DNA of 64,000 nucleotides from Opitutaceae bacterium (lineage in GTDB: Bacteria > Verrucomicrobiota > Verrucomicrobiia > Opitutales > Coraliomargaritaceae): the NCBI GenBank assembly GCA_051252375.1, contig JBPOFY010000006.1:96001-160000 (forward strand). The letters are read 5' to 3'. A program made the position numbers and the translations under genes. Of this stretch, positions 57,580-64,000 are shown one piece after another. Position 1 is the first letter of the stretch, and each line of letters starts with the position of its first letter. Below the pieces are notes generated by a model that saw only the letters and a list, made by a program, of their open reading frames with translations, was not told the DNA's origin and made no database searches.

Positions 57580-58212
57580 ATGATTATTGAATCACAGGAA
57601 CTTCCACCAATCGGCACCAATGCAATCGCCCTCATCGAACCCACGCGTAAAGAGTGTGTGATCATCGATGCGCCCGATGAGGCTTACGCATGGGCGCAGC
57701 AGGTCGCTGAAAAACATGGCTGCACGATTGTTGCTTTGATTCTTACGCATGGGCATTGGGACCATATTTTGGATGGTCATAAGTTTGTCACTGCGGGCAT
57801 TCCGACTTATGGACATGCGGACGATACGCGTATGTTTGAAGCACCGGCTTTGATGGCGAGTTACGCAATGCCGGGTCTAGAAATGTTGCCGGTGCCGATC
57901 ACGCATTGGGTGATGGCTGGTGATAAATTAGAACTGCTTGGCACGACGATGGAGATACGTCATGTGCCGGGGCATTGCCCGGGGAATGTATTGGTGTATT
58001 TGGAATCCGAAAAAGCGGCTATCGTCGGCGATGTGATTTTTGCCGGAAGCGTAGGGCGTTACGATTTGCCCGGTGGTGATTTCGAAGTGCTAAAGAAATC
58101 GATTCAAACACAGGTCTATACCTTGCCGGATGAAACTACGATTTATCCTGGGCATGGTCCGACAACGAGTGTGATCCAAGAAAAAGCGAGTAACCCTTTT
58201 GTGCGTGGATGA
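57580..58212 (+). CDS. MBL-fold metallo-hydrolase (glyoxalase II-like)
   Basis: THGHWDH, PGHCPG, GDVIF, YPGHG. Confidence 0.92.
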   Translation: MIIESQELPPIGTNAIALIEPTRKECVIIDAPDEAYAWAQQVAEKHGCTIVALILTHGHWDHILDGHKFVTAGIPTYGHADDTRMFEAPALMASYAMPGLEMLPVPITHWVMAGDKLELLGTTMEIRHVPGHCPGNVLVYLESEKAAIVGDVIFAGSVGRYDLPGGDFEVLKKSIQTQVYTLPDETTIYPGHGPTTSVIQEKASNPFVRG

Positions 58213-59327
58213 GTGACGTTTCCCAGTCGGATAAAATCTATATGAGTCGTGCCTTGGATTTGGCGCGACGCGCTTGGGGGCAGACGCATCCTAATCCGAT
58301 GGTCGGTGCTGTGATAGTTGAAGACGGCGAAATCGTCGCCGAGGGTTGGCACAGCCAAGCGGGAGAAGCGCACGCCGAAGTGGAAGCATTACGCGCACTC
58401 GCACGCACGCCGAAAGCAGAGACGACGATCTATGTGACGCTTGAACCGTGTAGCACTTGTGGACGCACAGGCGCCTGCACCGATGCGATTATCGAGTCTG
58501 GTATACGCCGCGTTGTGATTGGTGCGATTGATCCGAATCCTGCACATGCAGGGAAGGGCATCGAGGTATTGCGCGCTGCTGGCATCGAGGTGCTTGATGG
58601 TGTCTTAGCGGAAGAATGCGTCGACTTGAATTTGATATTTAATCATTGGATCGTGAAGGGCAGTCCATTTGTCGCTGGGAAGATGGCGGTCACACTCGAT
58701 GGAAAATTTTCCGCAGCATCCGGGCATTCTCAATGGGTGACCAGTGACCTTGCGCGTGAAGACTCGATGCGATGGCGACGCTATTTCCCCGCCATCGCGG
58801 TGGGAGCCGATACGGTGCTTTGCGATGATCCCAATCTCACCAGTCGCATCGGAGAGGAAGTCTGGTGCCCACGCCGATTTGTCTTTGATCGTTACCTCCG
58901 GATCGCAGGAGGGAAAACATTGCCGAGGCTATACACCGACGAATTTAAAGCGCAGACGGTGGTGCTCTGTGCCGCCACGGCCTGCCAGATGTTGAAGCAG
59001 AAATTGCTCGATCTAGGTATTTGCATGTGGGAGTTACCCATTGGTTCAGATGGGCATTTGGATTGGCAAGTCTTTCGCGAGCGTTGTGCGGCAGAGGGCA
59101 TTATCGGCCTATATATTGAAACCGGTCCTAGGCTCGCCACTGCATTGCTCGAAAAACGAAAACTGGACTACCTCTACATGTATCAAGCGCCTAAATTCAT
59201 GAGCGATTGCACAGCTGTTGGAATCGGGAGCCCACGTCATACCAATTCAATGAGTGAGGCGATCAAGCTTTCCGGTGTGCAACGAGCTATCTTGGGCGAG
59301 GACAGCCTGATTCGCGGACACCTTTAA
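58209..59327 (+). CDS. ribD: Riboflavin biosynthesis deaminase/reductase
   Basis: PNPMVGAV, HAE, TLEPC...C, DPNP, TLDGK. Confidence 0.93.
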   Translation: MSDVSQSDKIYMSRALDLARRAWGQTHPNPMVGAVIVEDGEIVAEGWHSQAGEAHAEVEALRALARTPKAETTIYVTLEPCSTCGRTGACTDAIIESGIRRVVIGAIDPNPAHAGKGIEVLRAAGIEVLDGVLAEECVDLNLIFNHWIVKGSPFVAGKMAVTLDGKFSAASGHSQWVTSDLAREDSMRWRRYFPAIAVGADTVLCDDPNLTSRIGEEVWCPRRFVFDRYLRIAGGKTLPRLYTDEFKAQTVVLCAATACQMLKQKLLDLGICMWELPIGSDGHLDWQVFRERCAAEGIIGLYIETGPRLATALLEKRKLDYLYMYQAPKFMSDCTAVGIGSPRHTNSMSEAIKLSGVQRAILGEDSLIRGHL

Positions 59328-59339
59328 ACTTTAAAAGAG

Positions 59340-59484
59340 CAGTTAGTAGGTAGAAGTCAGGAGTTAGTCTCAGATGATCAGTTGTTTACGATAGAATCGA
59401 GAATGGCTATTAGGCGATCTCTTCCGCTATGCCACGCAAGTCACTGATAAAAAACTAACTTCTAGCTTCTTACTTCTAACTCCT
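59340..59484. repeat. Inverted heptamer tandem repeats (AGTTAG(T/A)/CTTCTAA type)
   Basis: agttagt-aggtaga-agtcagg-agttag facing aactaac-ttctagc-ttcttac-ttctaac. Confidence 0.6.
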
Positions 59485-59503
59485 CAATCTAGGATAAACG
59501 ACT

Positions 59504-60106
59504 ATGTCAGATTATAAGTTAATTATCGCTACGGGCAACGCCCACAAAGTCGAAGAGTTCGAGCAACTCCTCTCAGGAATCAATTTTGAGGTCTGTTCCG
59601 CCAAAGTTTGCGGCGGCATGCCGGAGGTCGATGAGAACGGTGACAGCTTTGTCGCCAATGCACAGATCAAGGCAGAAGCCCTTCGCGCGATCGCCCCAGA
59701 AGGAGCATGGGTCATGGCCGACGACTCAGGGCTCGAAGTCGACGCACTGGATGGCGCGCCGGGGGTGTATTCGGCGCGCTATGCCGGTTCAGATGCTACC
59801 GATGAGGCGAATGTCGTAAAATTACTAGATGCGCTCCGTGACGTGCCTGAAGAACGGCGGACTGCACGCTTTCGCTGTGTGCTTTGTGTGATCGATGAAT
59901 TTGGGCTGATATCGCACTACGATGGCAGTTGCGAAGGGACTATTGCCAAGCGCTCTAAGGGCGACAGCGGCTTCGGTTACGACCCTATTTTCATCCCCGC
60001 AGGCCACAATCAAACCTTTGGTCAGCTAGGTGATTCAGTGAAAGCACAACTCAGTCACCGAGCCAAAGCAGCCCAATGGCTAAAGGCGACATTGGCAGAG
60101 CTTTAA
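59504..60106 (+). CDS. rdgB: Non-canonical purine NTP pyrophosphatase (XTP/dITPase)
   Basis: [32 protein letters not shown]. Confidence 0.95.
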   Translation: MSDYKLIIATGNAHKVEEFEQLLSGINFEVCSAKVCGGMPEVDENGDSFVANAQIKAEALRAIAPEGAWVMADDSGLEVDALDGAPGVYSARYAGSDATDEANVVKLLDALRDVPEERRTARFRCVLCVIDEFGLISHYDGSCEGTIAKRSKGDSGFGYDPIFIPAGHNQTFGQLGDSVKAQLSHRAKAAQWLKATLAEL

Positions 60107-60196
60107 TTTTTTTAAGACAAACTATTGACAAGCCCCGCTGAGATTAACTTTATACGCGCTTCCCAACTGACCGAAAGGGCAAGGGAAACAATTTAT

Positions 60197-60271
<75 letters not shown>

Positions 60272-60292
60272 TTTCGTGGCAAACACAAACTA

Positions 60293-60323
60293 AGGACGAT
60301 TGAGTTAACAATCGTCCTTTTTT
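60293..60323 (+). terminator. Intrinsic terminator downstream of tRNA-Asn
   Basis: AAGGACGATTG-agttaa-CAATCGTCCTT running into a T tract. Confidence 0.75.
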
Positions 60324-60444
60324 GCGTTTATATTTAAGGGGTTACGGTGTTTGTAGGTGTTAACTCAATTTTGACCTTGGTTCGATTTTCTAGCCATTTC
60401 ACGACTGCTTTTCTTGGGTAATGGGTGGAATCGGCTAAAATGAG

Positions 60445-62535
60445 TTAACAGGCACTTCTGATCATTTCTTTGATTTTCTGAACCTGATCAGCCTCGGGCA
60501 ATTCTATCAGGGGAAAAATTGATCTTCTGCCCAATTTTCGTATGAGAGCGCCATCCGTGATAGATTTGAGTAGTGATTGCGCCTCCGGACTCAGCTTAAT
60601 CCAGCGCATGGCTTGTGCCATTGCTGGATAGCTGAGGCCCTTTTTACGAGCCAGTTCATTCTGACCGATACCAAGTTTTCCCATCTCGTTCTTCCAGCGA
60701 ATAGCTCGGTGTATCTCATGCTCAGTTTTCTTTGGGCGCTTTCTGGTTTTGGGTGTCTTATGTCCGCACTCCTTGTGAATGGGGGAGAGGATCGCGCAGT
60801 TTTCCGCTGGCTTCTTTCGGCAGTGGGCGATTTCGAGGGGGATGGTAAATCCGCTCTTTCGGTCTGCGTTTGGATGTTCTTCGCCGAAAAGCGTGTGTAT
60901 GGCTTCGGTGCGTAGGCGCACTTCGACGCTGAGTTGCCGTCTGTCATGTCTATGGTGGCGCGTGTTCCCATTAACCGGATCTTTGGCTTTTCCTCCGACG
61001 CGGACTATAATAGATTTGAACAGCAGCTTGTAGAATTCTCTCTGCTCGTCTTCAGGGAGACATTTAACCGCATCGGCGAAGTGGGAGAGGGCGTTCTGAA
61101 ATTGCTCAGTCGTGAGCACATCTGATTTCAGCATGTCGATTTCTCTGTTCAACCGAACCTCCTTAGTAACTAGGTCGTTCTTTTCAATGGTGAGAGCTTC
61201 GATTTTTTCTTGAAGCTTTTCGCCTACGGCTGTTCCGGAAATTTGGAGCACTTTCTCGGTGACCCTCTCAACTTCGGCATCCAGATCCTTCAATTTGCGA
61301 CGGATCTGCTGACGCTCTTTTGCTAGCTTTCGAATTTTTGTGGTTTTGGCCTTGGGGGCTTTTTGGACTAGTCGTTTAGCTATTTGAGGATTGGCAGCTA
61401 TCTCACCGAAAGCTTCCATCAAAAGTGACTCCAGCAGGCGTGCGGGAATCCTTCTGATATCGCAGACTGATTCGTTGCCCATTTTTTCATGTTTGGAACA
61501 TAGGTAGTAAAAATACTTCTTCATGGATCCGTCGGGCATACGCTTTGTCGAGAAGCTCGGTTTCATCGCTGAGTTGCAACAGCCGCAACGAACTTTCCCC
61601 TTTAAGGGCATGAAGTTTTTGTCCCGATCCTGGATCAGGTCTTCCTTTTTTCCAGAGCGTTGGTCCAGTGCGACCTGCGCTTTCTCCCAAATTTCCTTGG
61701 AGACGATAGACTCTGCTGCGGAAGGATATACCTCGCCGTCGTGGATGAGCACTCCCTTGTAAATTGGGTCACGCAATATAGTAAGGACGTGTTCAATTCT
61801 GAAGCGCTTTCCGCCGGTGACTATCCCTTTATTTGAAGTGCGTTTTCGTGTCCTGATTTTCCGCTTGTTCAAATCGTTGACGATTTCCATTGGCGTCATG
61901 CCTTGCAGAGTCATTTCAAAGGTTTGTAAGACCACCTTGGCATCCTCCGGCACGATATAAAGTCTGCCCTTTTGAATGCCATATCCTGGCTTCGGCACAC
62001 CGCCGTGCGTTAAGCCTTTTTCCAGACGTGTAAGAATGGAACGACGGACATCGTCTGCTATGATGTTACTTGTCAGTTCGGCAAGCGCCCAGAAGATGCT
62101 ACGCACAAATTTTTCGTAAGGGGTGTCGTTTCCTCCCGGCTGTGTCGTGGAGACCAAGCGAACCCCGTTCTCTTGTAGAGTTTGATCAAAATCATGCCCT
62201 AGTCGACTGTTTCTGAAGGCCCGGCTGAGTCCATAGACGAGAACGACATCCGCGTCGCCTCTAGTTGTGCGTTCCCGAACTCGGTTGATGCCATCGCGTT
62301 TATCGTTCCGTCCCGTGCGTCCATCGTCTGAGATAACCTCGACGATCTCCCATTGCTCGCCGACTCGCTGCATTTCTTTGCAGAACTTTCGGCAGCAGTG
62401 GATTTGGCTTTTGATTGAATCCTCTTCTTTGTTGTCTAGTTGTTTCTGGCTGGAGACTCGCGCGTAGATGATGACTCGGACGATTTTTAAGATCTGCCGA
62501 ACCTTTTGATCTGCTATAGTTGTGTGCTTACTCAT
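60445..62535 (-). CDS. Large serine recombinase with C-terminal HTH-like extension
   Basis: Catalytic YARVSS, R.G motif, recombinase domain, Zn ribbon CGCC...YYLC...C, coiled coil. ATG at 62535 overlaps the upstream stop; alternative start 62562. Confidence 0.92.
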   Translation of the reverse strand: MSKHTTIADQKVRQILKIVRVIIYARVSSQKQLDNKEEDSIKSQIHCCRKFCKEMQRVGEQWEIVEVISDDGRTGRNDKRDGINRVRERTTRGDADVVLVYGLSRAFRNSRLGHDFDQTLQENGVRLVSTTQPGGNDTPYEKFVRSIFWALAELTSNIIADDVRRSILTRLEKGLTHGGVPKPGYGIQKGRLYIVPEDAKVVLQTFEMTLQGMTPMEIVNDLNKRKIRTRKRTSNKGIVTGGKRFRIEHVLTILRDPIYKGVLIHDGEVYPSAAESIVSKEIWEKAQVALDQRSGKKEDLIQDRDKNFMPLKGKVRCGCCNSAMKPSFSTKRMPDGSMKKYFYYLCSKHEKMGNESVCDIRRIPARLLESLLMEAFGEIAANPQIAKRLVQKAPKAKTTKIRKLAKERQQIRRKLKDLDAEVERVTEKVLQISGTAVGEKLQEKIEALTIEKNDLVTKEVRLNREIDMLKSDVLTTEQFQNALSHFADAVKCLPEDEQREFYKLLFKSIIVRVGGKAKDPVNGNTRHHRHDRRQLSVEVRLRTEAIHTLFGEEHPNADRKSGFTIPLEIAHCRKKPAENCAILSPIHKECGHKTPKTRKRPKKTEHEIHRAIRWKNEMGKLGIGQNELARKKGLSYPAMAQAMRWIKLSPEAQSLLKSITDGALIRKLGRRSIFPLIELPEADQVQKIKEMIRSAC

Positions 62536-62953
62536 AACACTTTTTATGTTTGAGCAGGGCATAGCGAACCCCGCGGGTTCGTCCTGATTTGACGACCAGG
62601 TTCGTGGCCAATAGTTTCTTCAGCGTGCGCTGGACGGTCGGCTGAGAAAGTCCAGTGGATGAGGCAATCTGTGACGGTTGAGCCGGCCCTAAGTTAGCCA
62701 GCGACACTAGGATTGTAGTCGCAGATTTACTGCTTAGAGAGGCGGTGGAGGGAGATTCTGGGGCCGCGATCTTTTCTTCGCAGGCGGTAGAGGTGAGTAC
62801 GCACTGCCGACTGATCCATAGTGCTGCTGCTTTCAGTATTAGGCAGCTCAAGCGATCATTGTGATTCTGCTGCTCTGATAGTGCATCCAGGCAGACCCCA
62901 AGCTCCGTTCTCGGAGCTTCAGCTTGAATTTCAATCTCTGCCTGCTGCTTCAC
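62528..62953 (-). CDS. Small protein with C-terminal winged HTH
   Basis: PSQIASSTGLSQPTVQRTLKKL...LVVKSGRTRGVRY; ATGAGTAA overlap with the recombinase start. Confidence 0.7.
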   Translation of the reverse strand: MKQQAEIEIQAEAPRTELGVCLDALSEQQNHNDRLSCLILKAAALWISRQCVLTSTACEEKIAAPESPSTASLSSKSATTILVSLANLGPAQPSQIASSTGLSQPTVQRTLKKLLATNLVVKSGRTRGVRYALLKHKKCYE

Positions 62954-63000
62954 CTCCCAATTTTATTGGAAGATATCTGGTCGTTAAGATGTATTTTCGA

Positions 63001-63975
63001 TTAATTGAAGTTTTTCGCAGCGCGCCCGAGCAGCAATGCTCCGCTTTTTTCATGCCTTTGCCACCAGGCTATATCCTTCTTTTTTACATACTGCATAAAT
63101 CGAAGCTTTTTCGATGGGATGTTTTTGGCGTGTGCCAAAAATGTCTGCCGCGCGTATTCTTGCCAAAGGTCGCCTTTTGCGGCTTCAAGTCTGTCGGCGA
63201 TGTTTGCGAATCCCTTGCCGCGCAAAGCTTCTGCGGTTCTGACCAGTGAATCGCCTCTGAGGTTAATTACCTCAGCCCAAACGTGTTCACACTTCTCGAC
63301 TCTGATCGCCTTGCAGATCTCCCGCGAGAATTTGTCGAAGTCTTCGACTGGCAGACTGGGGCAGATCATTCCATAAGTACGGAAACCGTGATCCTGCAAC
63401 CAGTGGAGGGACTCAATCCGCTTGGAAACTTTTGGCGTGCCGATCTCAATGGCTGCGGCAAGTTTGTCATCGAGCGTCCCGGTGGATACGCCGAAGATCA
63501 TCCGTTCTTTATACTCTTCCAGAGCCTCCGCAATTCGTGGAAGGAAATTAGATTTGGATAGGAAGCGAATTTGCCAGTTGGTGTTTTTGAGAATAAGACG
63601 GCTCAGTTCGATGGTCTCCGCGACGAGTTCCAAATTTGCGGCAACGTCGACCAAAGGGCTTGTGAAAATTACCCGCTGATCTTTTTGGTCTGTATACTTA
63701 GGATTGCCACTTTTCGTGAAGAGTTGGGATCTGAGGACTTCGACCGCATTGTTGCGGCGGATGACCACGTCCGAGAAATTCTGCTTGTCTTGACGAGCCT
63801 GTGCAAAATGAGGATTTTTTAGCATAATCGCGCCGACGTAACAAAAGGAACAGGAATACGCGCAGGCGGATCCTGGGCTGAAGGTCGGGCCATCGCAGAG
63901 TAATTTATGGCTGAAGTCGGATTTTAGACTAAGCACGGTTTTAGCGGGTGCCAAATAGACGGTTTTTCCGTTCAT
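63001..63975 (-). CDS. Radical SAM protein, spore photoproduct lyase-like family
   Basis: CAYSCSFCY (CxxxCxxC), FLSKS, GVSTGT, IE.GTP..SKRIESL..L...G. Confidence 0.85.
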   Translation of the reverse strand: MNGKTVYLAPAKTVLSLKSDFSHKLLCDGPTFSPGSACAYSCSFCYVGAIMLKNPHFAQARQDKQNFSDVVIRRNNAVEVLRSQLFTKSGNPKYTDQKDQRVIFTSPLVDVAANLELVAETIELSRLILKNTNWQIRFLSKSNFLPRIAEALEEYKERMIFGVSTGTLDDKLAAAIEIGTPKVSKRIESLHWLQDHGFRTYGMICPSLPVEDFDKFSREICKAIRVEKCEHVWAEVINLRGDSLVRTAEALRGKGFANIADRLEAAKGDLWQEYARQTFLAHAKNIPSKKLRFMQYVKKKDIAWWQRHEKSGALLLGRAAKNFN

Positions 63976-64000
63976 TGTGCCTCGTGGAGCGGTTACTTGA

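Larger units (their letters stand above)
60272..64000. mobile_element. Genomic island at tRNA-Asn with large serine recombinase (right end outside window)
   Basis: Recombinase gene ends 173 bp from the tRNA 3' end; repeated motifs at the junction; accessory genes upstream. Confidence 0.7.

Noticed and set aside
60125..60156. Sigma-70 promoter for tRNA-Asn
   Set aside because: TTGACA is present at 60125, but no convincing -10 hexamer lies at 16-18 bp spacing, so it was not annotated.

Overview
Bacterial chromosome window, most likely a marine Verrucomicrobiota (Opitutales, Coraliomargarita/Lentimonas-like); this is inferred from gene style and content, not verified. A core block (~11.7-60.2 kb) is bracketed by two mobile elements that run off the window edges. 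Left (1-11,290): a mosaic, partly decayed phage/satellite-like element at the 3' end of tmRNA (ssrA). It carries a tyrosine integrase, an Xis-like HTH, an AEP primase, an RSF1010-RepA-like helicase, an iteron/palindrome origin candidate, a probable capsid gene remnant, a lipoprotein plus holin-like pair, and cargo including a TM-HEPN protein. It also has a ~1.4 kb non-coding, hairpin-rich region with a 159-nt fold-back containing two inverted Xer/dif-like sites (CTXphi-type attP architecture), the most unusual signal in the window. Core: a GMC oxidoreductase pair, an ECF sigma/anti-sigma pair, a lipid A/LOS locus with three fucosyltransferases plus a carbamoyltransferase and a methyltransferase, a SNF2 helicase, serS, proS, a sulfatase/GH95/symporter fucan-utilisation cluster, an RND pump, deoC, ribD and rdgB. 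Right (60,272-64,000): a second element behind tRNA-Asn with a large serine recombinase carrying an extra C-terminal HTH-like domain, a coupled wHTH protein, an SPL-like radical SAM enzyme, and three copies of a TGAGTTAACA motif at the junction. All protein calls come from motif recognition by eye; no database searches were run.
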